This document shows, piece by piece, positions 11,925-22,714 of a stretch of DNA of 64,000 nucleotides. Source of the stretch: Mustelus asterias (lineage: Eukaryota). Below the pieces are notes generated by a model. That model was not told where the DNA came from and made no database searches. It saw only the letters and a program-made list of their open reading frames with translations. The DNA lies in contig NW_027590987.1 in NCBI RefSeq assembly GCF_964213995.1, positions 1 to 64,000 of the forward strand. Direction: 5' to 3'. The stretch's first letter is position 1; each line of letters starts with the position of its first letter. The position numbers and the translations under genes are program-made.

Positions 11925-14515
11925 GGAACATGTGAATTAGGAGCAGGAGAAGGCCACTCGGCCCCTCGAGCCTGCTCCACCATTCAATAGGGTCCCGGCT
12001 GATGTGATTGTAGCTTCAACTCCACTTTCCTTCTTACCCCTCACACCCTTTCACTCTCGTCAATCAAGAATCTATTAAATTCAGACTTCAGAATATTCAG
12101 TGAGCCAGCCTCCACCACTCTCTGTGGAAGAGAATTCCACACTGTAACAACCCTCTGAGAGAAAAGGTTTCTCCTCATCCCAGTCTTAAATGGGAGACCC
12201 CGTATTTTTAAACTGTGCCTCTAGTTCTCCTCTCTCTACAATCAACATCCACTCTGTCAAGTCCCCTCTGAATTTTATGTTTCAATCAGATCCTCTCTCA
12301 TTCTTCTAAACCCCTTTAGATACAGGCCGAACATGTCCAACATTTCCTTGTATGATAACACCCTCATCCCGTGAATCAGTCAACTAAACCTTCTCTGAAC
12401 TACTTCTCACACAAGTCCTCTCTTAAGTAAGGAGACCAAAACTGTACACCGTGCTCTAGATGTGGTCTCACCAATACCCTGAACAAATGCAGCAAAACAT
12501 CTCTGCAATAAACAACAATTCATTTACCTTTCTAATCATTTGCTGGATCCACACACTAACTTTTCCTGATTACGGTACCAGGACACCCAGATCCCTCTGT
12601 ACCTCAAAGTTCTGCAATCTCTCTCTGTTTAAATAATCAGCTGCTTTTCCATCCTTCCTGCCAAATGGACAAGTTCACATTATCCAAAAATCTTGTTCCA
12701 GTTGCCAACTTTTTGCCCACTCACTGACCCTATCTATATCGCTTTGCAGGCTTGTTATGGTCATTCACATCTCACTTTCCTACCTACCTTTGTGTTATCA
12801 ACAAATTTTGATCCTGTCATCCACATCATGAAAATAGTTTGTCAATAGTTGAGGGCCCAGCACTGGTCCCTGTGGCACTCCACAGGCTACACTTTGCCAT
12901 CCCAAAAATGACTTGTTTCTCCCTCAGCATGGTTTTGTGGCAGGTAGGTCGTGCCTTACTAACCTTATTGAGTTTTTTGAGAAAGTGACCAAGGAGGTGG
13001 ATGGGGGCAAGGCAGTGGACGTGGTATATATGGATTTTAGTAAGGCGTTTGATAAGGTTCACCATGGTAGGCTTCTGCAGAAAATGCAGATGTATGGGAT
13101 TGGGGGTGATCTAGGAAATTGGATCAGGAATTGGCTAGCGGATAGGAAACAGAGGGTGGTGGTTGATAGTAAATATTCATCATGGAGTGCGGTTACAAGT
13201 GGTGTACCTCAGGGATCTGTTTTGGGGCCACTGCTGTTTGTAATATTTATTAATGATCTGGATGAGGGTATAGTTGGGTGGATTAGCAAATTTGCTGATG
13301 ACACCAAAGTCGGTGGTGTGGTAGACAGTGAGGAAGGGTGTCGTAGTTTGCAGGAAGACTTAGACAGGTTGCAAAGTTGGGCCGAGAGGTGGCGGATGGA
13401 GTTTAATGCGGAGAAGTGTGAGGTAATTCACTTTGGTAGGAATAACAGATGTGTTGAGTATAGGGCTAACGGGAGGACTTTGAATAGTGTGGAGGAGCAG
13501 AGGGATCTAGGTGTATGTGTGCATAGATCCCTGAAAGTTGGGAATCAAGTAGATAAGGTTGTTAAGAAGGCATATGGTGTCTTGACGTTTATTGGTAGGG
13601 GGATTGAATTTAGGAGTCGTAGCGTTATGTTGCAACTGTACACAACTCTGGTGCGGCCGCACTTGGAGTACTGTGTGCAGTTCTGGTCCCCACATTACAG
13701 GAAGGATGTGGAGGCTTTGGAGAGGGTGCAGAGGAGGTTTACCAGGATGTTGCCTGGTATGGAGGGGAGATCCTATGAGGAGAGGCTGAGGGATTTGGGA
13801 TTGTTTTCGCTGGAAAGGCGGCGGCTAAGAGGGGATCTTATTGAAACATATAAGATGATTAGAGGTTTAGATAGGGTGGATAGTGATAGCCTTTTTCCTC
13901 TGATGGAGAAATCCAGCACGAGGGGGCATGGCTTTAAATTGAGGGGGGGTAGTTATAGAACCGATGTCAGGGGTAGGTTCTTTACCCAGAGGGTGGTGAG
14001 GGATTGGAATGCCCTGCCAGCATCAGTAGTAAATGCGCCTAGTTTGGGGGCGTTTAAGAGATCCGTAGATAGGTTCATGGACGAAAAGAAATTGGTTTAG
14101 GTTGGAGGGTCACAGTTTTTTTTTTTAACTGGTCGGTGCAACATCGTGGGCCGAAGGGCCTGTTCTGCGCTGTAATGTTCTATGTTCTATGTTCTATGTT
14201 CTATGTTCCTCTCTGTTTCCGATTAGCTCATCAATCCTCTATCCATGCTAATATAAAGAATCAACATGGATAAAATGCTAATATGCCTTATGCTACGAAT
14301 TCTTATTAAGTGTGGTAAACATTGATGTGGCACCTTGTCAAATGCCTTCTGGAAAACTAAATACACCACATCCACAGGTTCCACTTTATCCACATTGCTT
14401 GTTACTTCCTCAAAGAATCCAACACATCAATTAACAGGATGTCCCTTGCACAAAACCATGTTGACTCTGCCTGATTGCACGGAGATTATCTGTGTCCCAT
14501 CCCAGTCTCCTTAAT
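11925..14515 (-). mobile_element. Old CR1 LINE (11925-12924 plus 14209-14515), interrupted by a young CR1
   Basis: Minus strand has degenerate PQGPVLGP, FVDNTK and F.KAFDKVPH motifs and a CR1-type 3' UTR at ~11935-12000. Confidence 0.7.
12925..14208 (+). mobile_element. Young 5'-truncated CR1 LINE with intact RT C-terminal ORF
   Basis: Uninterrupted ORF: [33 protein letters not shown]. Ends in (TTCTATG)n tail. Confidence 0.95.
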
Positions 14516-14532
14516 AACAGAATGAACATGAT

Positions 14533-15917
14533 TCAGTCCTGCATGGGATTAGCAGCAACAGCAGAATCCAACCCCTGCAGTGACTTGTGAACTTGCTGGT
14601 GTCTCAGCAGATTGGCTGACCGAGCAAATCTCTTCCCACATACGGAGCAGGTGAACGATCTCTCTCCCGTGTGAACCTGCTGGTGTCTCAGCAGGTGGGA
14701 TGACTGAGTGAACCTTTTCCCACACATGGAGCAGGTGAATGATCTCTCCCCAGTGTGAATTTGCTGGTGTCTCAGCAGGTCCTTCGTGCTTTTAAAGCTC
14801 TTCTCACAGTCAGAACATTTAAAAGGTCTCTGATCAGTGTGGACCAGTTGATGTGCAATGAGCTGGGGTGGCTGAGTGAATCGTTTCCCACATGTGGAGC
14901 AAGTGAAGGGTTTCTCCCCAGTGTGAATTCGCTCGTGTATCAGAAGCTGGGCTGAATCAGTGAATCCCTTCCCACACACACAGTGCAAATGAATGGCTTC
15001 TCCCCGGTGTGAGCTCGCTGGTGTCTCAGACAGTGGGATGAATGGGTGAATCCCATCCCACACACCGAGCAGGTGAACGGTTTCTCCCCGGTGTGAACTC
15101 GCTGGTGTCTCAGACGGTGGGATGAATGGGTGAATCCCATCCCACACACCGAGCAGGTGAACGGTTTCTCCCCAGTGTGAACTCGCTGGTGTCTCAGACA
15201 GTGGGATGAATGGGTGAATCCCATCCCACACACCGAGCAGGTGAACGGTTTCTCCCCAGTGTGAACTCGCTGGTGTGTCACCAAATCCTGTTTACTTTTA
15301 AAGCTCTTCTCACAGTCAGAACACTGAAATGGTCTCTTATCAGAGTGAACTCGCTGGTGTGTTTGCAGCTGGGATAAACGTCCGAATCTCCTCTCACATA
15401 CGGAGCAGGTGAATGGCTTCTCCCCAGTGTGAGTGCGCTGATGGACTTGTAAATCATTTTTACTTTTAAATCTCTTCTCACAGTCAGAACACTGAAATGG
15501 TCTCCGATCAGTGTGAACAAGTTGGTGTGTCAGAAGGTGGGATGACTGAGTGAATCCCTTCCCACACACTGAGCAGGTGAACGGTCTCACCGCCATGTGA
15601 GTGCGCTGGTGTCTCAGGAGGTCCTTTGTGCTTTTAAAGCTTTTCTCACAATCAGAACACTGAAACAGTCTCTGATCGGAGTGAACCTCCCGGTGAATCA
15701 GGAGGCTTGATAAAGCATGACATCCCCTCCCACATTCGAGGCAGGTGAACGGCCTCTCACCAGTGTGAACACGCCGGTGTGTATAGAGGCTGGATGAGTA
15801 AGCAAATCCTTTCCCACACTCAGAGCAGGTGAACGGCCTCTCTCCAGTGTGAATGCGACGATGAATATCCAATTCGGACGGGTAATTGAATCCCCTCCCA
15901 CAGTCCACACATTTCAA
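14533..15917 (-). pseudogene. ZNF-C: ~16-finger C2H2 gene with lost start codon and a +2 frameshift
   Basis: Paralogous ATG-GAG-AAA is ACA-GAG-AAA, with an in-frame TAA upstream and no ATG between. An extra TG in TGTGTGTGTGGG at ~14975 shifts the frame between ORFs 14940-15917 and 14533-15231. Confidence 0.7.
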
Positions 15918-16516
15918 TGGTTTCTCTGTGCTGCGGGTGTCCTCATGTGACTCCAGGTTGGATGATGAGTTGAAGCCTCGTTTACACAGAATATGTGTCG
16001 GGTCACTACTCAGTTAGAATGATGTGATTATTTTTCAGACTTGTTAAACCACTTTCCACATTCAGCACATTGGAAACTCTCAGGTGTGTTTGTGTGTCTA
16101 GGTGCTTTTTCAGTCACACTGATGTTTGAAATCTTTGCCCGCAGACAGAATGAACATTTCTCCTTCTGTAGACAAAGGCTGATGATATTCAGTTTCTGAT
16201 GAATCAAATCACTGAAACAGATCTTGATGTGAAGTTTGGTTTGAGTTTCACATCTGTAAATCCTGCTTCATAATACCCTGCAAAAACAGTTTACAAATAC
16301 CATCACTGTCAGTGCAGGATAGAAATTCTGAACAGACAATTCATAGTTTCTCTGGAACATATTTTCCTCTCTTGTTCCCCCAAATCTATAAATCCCCGTC
16401 CCACACACTCTACCTCCTCCCCTGGACTGAAATCCAAACCCATCTCAACATCTCCACCATTTCTTCCCTCCACTCCCAGTTTTCTCCCTCCCTCTCCTCT
16501 GTCTGGGTTCAGTTCT

Positions 16517-16801
16517 TGATGTGGAAATCTCACTAACTGTCCTGGCTGGAGACAGTACACATCTCTTTAACCAGTGCTTAACCCTCTCTCCACTCACATT
16601 GTCTGTACCTTTAAGACTTGATTGCCTGTAAAGACTCACATTCCAACCATTATCTTGTAAATTGAGTTTGTGTCAATATATATGCCCCGTTTATGAACAC
16701 AAGTCCGACTCACCTGATGAAGGAGCAGTGATCCGAAAGCGAGTGGCTTTTGCTACCAAATAAACCTGTTGGTCTTTAACCTGGCGTTGTGAGACTTCTT
16801 A
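16517..16801 (+). mobile_element. PLE pseudo-LTR insertion with 14-bp TSD
   Basis: Flanked by CTGGGTTCAGTTCT (16503-16516 and 16802-16815). The paralogous site at ~52515 is empty. Homologous to 45695-45940. Confidence 0.85.
16710..16746 (+). ncRNA. Hammerhead ribozyme motif, probably inactive variant
   Basis: CAC-CTGATGA-A-GGAGC..GATCC-GAAA-GCGA-GTG. The cleavage-site U is replaced by G. Confidence 0.55.
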
Positions 16802-17149
16802 CTGGGTTCAGTTCTCCAGCTGCTGTCTGCAGACTGACAATAAAACCAATGGGTCTTATTGGGGGTGTTGGGGCCTCCAGCGGGTGTTTGTGAATCCTCC
16901 CCGCCCACCTCCCAGGGTTTCCTTCCTTCCCAGAGATCAGAGTCCTCATTGATTTGAGGCCAAAGTGTAACCTCTTATTTATTGTCCCCCTCCCCCATCC
17001 TCTGATGTGAACCATCCTCCAGTGGCTGAGCCAGGATGGGGCCGTTAACCTGGGCCTGTTCCCGGGAGGGAGGGAGGGAGAAGCCCCGCAGCTGCAAACC
17101 AGGGAGCTGACAATGATTCTGAAGGGTTTGCGGATCCACAAAGTGTTTC

Positions 17150-18140
17150 CAAATCCTCCCAGCCACCGCCTAACGCTGACTCCGCTTCTCCGGGACAAAC
17201 AAGCGCCAAGGACAGCAATGACACTGCGCATGCTCCACATCACAATGCCCGGGGACTGATTGACGGCAGCTCCGGACCAATAGGAAGAGGGGGCGGGACT
17301 GGCCGACCGAGCCGGAGCGGCTGGTCCTCCAACCAATCGGAGTGAACGAGGGGCGGGACTGGAGGACCGAGCGGGAGCGGCTGATCCTCCAACCAATCGG
17401 AGTGAATGAGAGGCGGGACCTGAAGCATGCGCAGTGCGGGTAATGGCGACGGGTAGACGGGCGGTTTTAATTTGGAGGCGAGATCAATACTAGGTAGGGG
17501 GCGGCGCGCGGGGAATGATAAATGTGGCGAGTGGGTGGAGAGACTTTGTAAACATGTTGTTCAAACCCAGACCCCGGAAATGAACTTCCCGGTCCCCCCT
17601 TTGTACCAAATGGAGCGGCAGCTTGTAGTGTTAGACCCGGGCTGACTGCCGCCATTGAGGCTGCATGTGGGAGGCCGGCAGGGATTGTGATCGGAGAGGG
17701 AAGCCCTGACGTCACAATGGAATGGGTGAGAGTGTGAGGTCACAATGGAATGGGTGAGGGTGTGACATCACAATGGAATGGGTGAGTGTGTGACGTCACA
17801 ATGGAATGTGATCGGAGAGCGAAATTTCACTCTGAAGCTCATTGGACAACTTCCGCATTGTGACGCTACGATAGAACCCTGCCTGAATCAGCCAATAGGA
17901 ATCACTGCGCTCCGCGGTGATGTCTCCGGGTTCCATGGTGCAGGCCCGGGCGTGCGGACCCGGGAGCCCTGCCCCCACCCATTGTTCCCCTCCCCCTACA
18001 CCACATCGAGCCAAGGTTTCCAGGCAACCGGCTGACGGCTCTGGCCAGAGCGAGAAGCCGCTCGGTGATCTCCCCCTCCCCCCGCCCGGGACTGCAAAAT
18101 GTGCGAGGGAGAGGGGAAGCTGTGCATATGCGGGGGAGAA
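17150..18140. promoter_or_regulatory. Bidirectional CpG-island promoter between ZNF-C(-) and ZNF-D(+)
   Basis: TGCGCATG / GCATGCGCA (NRF1), GGGGCGGGAC (Sp1), 3-4 CCAAT, CCGGAAAT and ACTTCC (ETS-like), TAATGGCG (YY1-like), TGACGTCA (CRE). Duplicated at 52900-53530. Confidence 0.75.
17707..17808. repeat. 28-bp minisatellite (~3.6 copies) carrying CRE-like octamers
   Basis: Unit TGA(CG/GG/CA)TCACAATGGAATGGGTGAGAGTG. Confidence 0.9.
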
Positions 18141-18594
18141 CCCACCCTCTGAATGAGAGAGGAAAGAATGTTCCATAGAAATTGTCTGTTCTGAATTTCT
18201 ATCCTGTACTGACACTGATGACTTTTGGAAACTCATTTTCCAGGATATTGAAAGAGGAATCACAGGCTGAAATCTCAAACGTCACGTCTAGATCTGACAG
18301 AGTCATATTCCTTGGGACCTCAATATCATCGGACTTTGAATCCAGAAGGAGAAATGATTGTCCAGTCTGTCGATTTGAAAAGATTTGAAATGTCAGTGTG
18401 AGTGAAAAAGCGTCAACACACTGCCACACTCGAGTGAGAGTGTTCCGATGCACTGACTAAAGAGCTTTAACCAGTTACACAGTCTGAATAAATATCACAC
18501 CATTCACAGCAGGTGGAGACTGTAATCTTGTTCTGTGTGTGGACGAAGTTTCAACTAATTGTCCACTCAAGAGTGAGGTAAGGACACCTGCACC

Positions 18595-20616
18595 ATGGCG
18601 AAACCATGGAAATGTGCGGACTGTGGGAAGGGATACGGAACCCCATCAGAGCTGGAAGCTCATCGGCGCAGCCACACTGGGGAGAGGCCGTTCATCTGCT
18701 CTCAATGTGGGAAGGGATTCAGTCAGTTATCCAACCTGCAGAGACACCAGCGAGTTCACACTGGGGAGAGGCCGTTCACCTGCTCTCAATGTGGGGAGGG
18801 ATTCACTCAGTCATCCCACCTGCAGAGACACCAGCGAGTTCACACTGGGGAGAGGCCCTTCACCTGCTCTCAGTGTGGGAAGGGATTCACTCGGATATCC
18901 AGCCTGCAGAGACACCAGCGAGTTCACACTGGAGAGAGGCCGTTCACTTGCTCTCAGTGTGAGAAGGAATTCACTTATTTATCCAGCCTGCAGACACACC
19001 AGCGAGTTCACACTGGGGAGAGGCCATTCACCTGCTCTCAGTGTGGGGAGGGATTCACTCGGTCATCCCGCCTGCAGTCACACCAGCGAGTTCACACTGG
19101 AGAGAGGCCGTTCACCTGTTCTCAATGTGGGGAGGGATTCACTCAGTCATCCCACCTGCAGAGACACCAGCGAGTTCACACTGGAGAGAGGCCGTTCACT
19201 TGCTCTCAGTGTGAGAAGGAATTCACTCATTTATCCAGCCTGCAGATACACCAGCGAGTTCACACTGGGGAGAGGCCGTTCACCTGCTCTCAGTGTGGGG
19301 ATGGATTCACTCAGTCATCCCGCCTGCAGAGACACCAGCGAGTTCACACTGGAGAGAGGCCATTTACCTGCTCTCAGTGTGGTAAGAGGTTCACTCAGTT
19401 ATCCAGCCTGCAGAGACACCAGCGAGTTCACACTGGGGAGAGGCCATTCACCTGCTCTCAGTGTGGGAAGGGATTCATTCAGTTATCCGAGCTGCGGACA
19501 CACCAGCGAGTTCATACAGGGGAGAGGCCATTCACTTGCTCTCAGTGTGGGGAGGGATTCACTCGGTCATCCAGCCTGCTGACACACCAGCGAATTCACA
19601 CTGGGGAGAGGCCGTTCACCTGCTCTCAGTGTGGGAAGGGATTCAATCAGTTATCCAACCTGCAGGCACACCAGCGAGTTCACACTGGGGAGAGGCCGTT
19701 CACCTGCTCTCAGTGTGGGAAGGGATTCACTCGGTCATCCGACCTGCGGGCACACCAGCGAGTTCACACTGGGGAGAAGCCCCCATTCACCTGCTCTCAG
19801 TGTGGGAAGGGATTCACTCGGTCATCCCACCTGCAGAGACATCAGCGAGTTCACACTGGGGAGAGACCGTTCACCTGCTCTCAATGTGAGAAGGGATTCA
19901 CTCTGTCATCCCACTTGCAGACACATCAGCGAGTTCACACCGGAGAGAGACCATTCACCTGCTCTCAGTGTGCGAAGGGATTCATTCAGTTATCCAGCCT
20001 GCAGAGACACCAGCGAGTTCACACTGGAGAGAGGCCGTTCACCTGCTCTCAGTGTGGGAAGGGATTCACTCAGTTATCCAGCCTGCAGACACACCAGCGA
20101 GTTCACACTGGGGAAAGGCCGTTCACCTGCTCTCAGTGTGGGAAGGGATTCACTCGGTCAACCCATCTGCGGACACACCAGCGGGTTCACACTGGAGAGA
20201 GACCGTTCACCTGCCCTCAGTGTGGGAAGGGATTCACTCGGTTATCCAGCCTGCAGACACACCAGCGAGTTCACACTGGGGAGAGACCATTCACCTGCTC
20301 TCAGTGTGGGAAGGGATTCACTCGGTCATCCGACCTGCGGACACACCAGCGGGTTCACACAGGGGAGAAACCATTCACCTGCTCTCAGTGTGGGCAGGGA
20401 TTCACTCAGTCATCCAGCCTGCGGGCACACCAGCGAGTTCACACTGGGGAGAGGCCGTTCACCTGCTCTCAGTGCGGGCAAGAATTCACTCAGTTATCCA
20501 ACCTGCAGACGCACGAGCGAGTTCACACTGGGGAGAGGCCGTTCACCTGCTCTGTGTGTGGGAAGGGTTTCAGCGTTTCATCCCGGCTGCTGAGGCACCA
20601 GCAAGTTCACGAGTGA
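18595..20616 (+). CDS. ZNF-D: 673-aa protein with 24 tandem C2H2 fingers
   Basis: ACCATGG start and uninterrupted, highly homogeneous 84-bp repeats. One linker has an extra Pro (TGEKPP). Confidence 0.92.
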   Translation: MAKPWKCADCGKGYGTPSELEAHRRSHTGERPFICSQCGKGFSQLSNLQRHQRVHTGERPFTCSQCGEGFTQSSHLQRHQRVHTGERPFTCSQCGKGFTRISSLQRHQRVHTGERPFTCSQCEKEFTYLSSLQTHQRVHTGERPFTCSQCGEGFTRSSRLQSHQRVHTGERPFTCSQCGEGFTQSSHLQRHQRVHTGERPFTCSQCEKEFTHLSSLQIHQRVHTGERPFTCSQCGDGFTQSSRLQRHQRVHTGERPFTCSQCGKRFTQLSSLQRHQRVHTGERPFTCSQCGKGFIQLSELRTHQRVHTGERPFTCSQCGEGFTRSSSLLTHQRIHTGERPFTCSQCGKGFNQLSNLQAHQRVHTGERPFTCSQCGKGFTRSSDLRAHQRVHTGEKPPFTCSQCGKGFTRSSHLQRHQRVHTGERPFTCSQCEKGFTLSSHLQTHQRVHTGERPFTCSQCAKGFIQLSSLQRHQRVHTGERPFTCSQCGKGFTQLSSLQTHQRVHTGERPFTCSQCGKGFTRSTHLRTHQRVHTGERPFTCPQCGKGFTRLSSLQTHQRVHTGERPFTCSQCGKGFTRSSDLRTHQRVHTGEKPFTCSQCGQGFTQSSSLRAHQRVHTGERPFTCSQCGQEFTQLSNLQTHERVHTGERPFTCSVCGKGFSVSSRLLRHQQVHE

Positions 20617-20851
20617 TTCCAGAGGTTGGATTCTGCTGTTATTGTTCCTGCTCTCAATTACATCCAGGATTGCATTTTGTTCATTCTCACAGTTGGTCAA
20701 TGGGAAGGGTCAGAGGGTTTCTTTGTGCTGGACTGGCTGGTCTCAGCCTCCAGTGGGTTGATGCTCTTTGAGTCTTTTTGCAAATACCTGGTTTCAAATG
20801 TCACAAGGATCACAGAGTGACAGGGTGTTAGGAAGTTTAGAGATATTTAGT

Positions 20852-21923
20852 CAGAAGAAAACAGAGGTTGGCAGTGCAAAGGTACCTTTCTGAATGGAGG
20901 GCTGTGACAAGTGACATTCCGCAGGGATCAGTGCTGGGACTTTTGCTGTTTGTAATATATATAAATGATTTGGAGGAAAATGTAACTGGTTTGATTGGTA
21001 AGTTTGTGGACGACACAAACGTTGGTGGAATTGCGGATAGCGATGGGGAACGGCAAAGGATACAGCAGGATATAGAGCAGTTGGAGAATTGGGCGGAGAG
21101 ATGGCAGATGAAGTTTAATCCGGACAAATGTGAGGTAATGCATTTTGGAAGGTCTAATACAGAATGGAAATATACAGTAAATGGCAGAACCCTTAAGAGC
21201 ATTCATAGGCAGAGGGATCTCGGTGTACAGGTACACAGGTCATTGAAAGTGGTAATGCAGGTGGAGAAGGTAGTCAAGAAAGCATATGGCATGCTTGCCT
21301 TCATCGGCCGGGGCATTGAGTTTAAAAATTGGCAAGTCATGTTGCAGCTTTATAGAACCTTAGTTTGACCGCACTTGGAATCTAGTGTTCAATTCTGGTC
21401 ACCACACTACCCGAAGAATGTGGAGGCTTTGGAGAGGGTACGGAAAATATTTATCAGGATGCTGCCTGGTGTGGAGGGCATTAGCTATGAGGAGAGTTTG
21501 GAGAAACCTGGTCTGTTCTCACTGGAACGACGGAGGTTGAGGGGAGACCTGATAGAAGTCTCCAAGATTATGAGGGGCATGGACAGAGTGGATAGTCAGA
21601 AGCTTTTTCCCAGAGTGGAAGAGTCAGTTACTGGGGGGCATAGGTTTAAGGTGCGAGGGGCAAGGTTTAAAGGAGATGTACAAGGCAGGTTTTTTACACA
21701 GAGGGTGGTGGGTGCCTGGAACTCGTTGCCGGGGAAGGTAGTGGAAGCAGATACGATAGTGACTTTTAAGATGTGTCTTGACAAATATATGAATAGCATA
21801 GGAATAGAGGGATATGGTCCCGGAAAGGTAGGGGGTTTTAGTTCAGACAGGCAGCATGGTTGCTGCAGGCTTGGAGGGCCAAAGGGCTTGTTTCTGTGCT
21901 GTAATTTTCTTTGTTCTTCGTTC
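20852..21923 (+). mobile_element. 5'-truncated CR1 LINE with internal stop
   Basis: PQGSVLG, FVDDTN, RGDLIEV and FFTQRVV motifs. Absent from the homologous 3' flank of ZNF-E at ~29050. Confidence 0.9.
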
Positions 21924-21929
21924 TGTTTG

Positions 21930-22290
21930 GAACATCCCAAATGCCCATCCAATTTCCTTTTTAATTGTTTATTGTCTCCACTTCCTCCACCCTCATAGAC
22001 AGCGAGTTTCAGGTCATTACCATTCACTGCATCAGAATATTCTTCCTCACATCTCCCCCCTCAATTCCCCCCCCACCCCACTGCCCCCCCCCCCCCCAGC
22101 CCCCCACTCCCCCCTCCCTTGCATCTCTAACCCAAAACAAGAAATCTGTGTCCCCCCTCGTCCTTGTTCCATCAGCTAATGGGAACAGCTTTTCTTTGTC
22201 CACCTTATCTAAACCTGTCAGAATCTTGTCCCCCATCTATCAAATCTCCCCTCAACCTCCTTTGCTCCAAGGAAAACAACCCCAGCCTGA
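21930..22290 (-). mobile_element. Old CR1 3' fragment shared by ZNF 3' flanks, with poly-C expansion at 22055-22120
   Basis: Homologous to 36975-37300 and 29065-29165. Reads GLFSLEQRRLRGDL on the minus strand. Confidence 0.75.
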
Positions 22291-22714
22291 CATTGACAAT
22301 AAAGAACAAACTAACAGAATATGTTACTGTCTGAAATCAAATGGGAATGTTTAATTTCTGTTTGAAAGATATTGTGAATGTATTGTCCTGGACAATAAAG
22401 GAATTGGAATAACACACCTTGGGTGTGGTTGAATGGAATATATCAATCTGATATTCACCTACAGTCCAGTGAAAGTCTGGAATATGTAGCTGGAAGTCCC
22501 TTCCTAACAGCAATGTGGGTGTACGTACACCTCAGGCATTGCAGCAGTTCAGGAAGGCACCCTTGGGGTTGGGGTTGACCACGGCCAAGGCAGCTCCATA
22601 CAGCCACATATTCTGTTATAATTGAAGGACTGCAGATTGAATGTGAGGCATTGTGGGACTGGACTATCTTGACCACATTCCTGTGACTGCCCGGAAACTC
22701 ATGTGTCTATTTTA

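Noticed and set aside
11589-11940. Recurrent small ORFs such as VSTAASQLQGPGFDSRLGSLSVWSL and DCGRKPEHPEETHADT
   Set aside because: Translations of SINE sequence.
16776-17396. 206-aa and related ORFs across promoters (also 52337-53054, 17796-18278)
   Set aside because: GC-rich promoter sequence. The frame is not conserved between the two duplicates (GGGA repeat differs by 4 nt).
18595-20616. PRDM9 or a named ZNF ortholog
   Set aside because: No PR/SET, KRAB or SSXRD exon is visible and there are stops upstream of the ATG. Lineage-specific paralogs cannot be given a gene symbol.
20614-20820. Selenocysteine recoding of the conserved TGA
   Set aside because: No convincing SECIS (AUGA..AA..GA kink-turn) was recognised by eye, and the aligned residues in paralogs are Ser/Arg rather than Cys.
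22055-22120. Poly-C tract with G-quadruplex potential
   Set aside because: Local expansion of a short C run in an old CR1 fragment, absent from the paralog at ~37170. Also error-prone to sequence.
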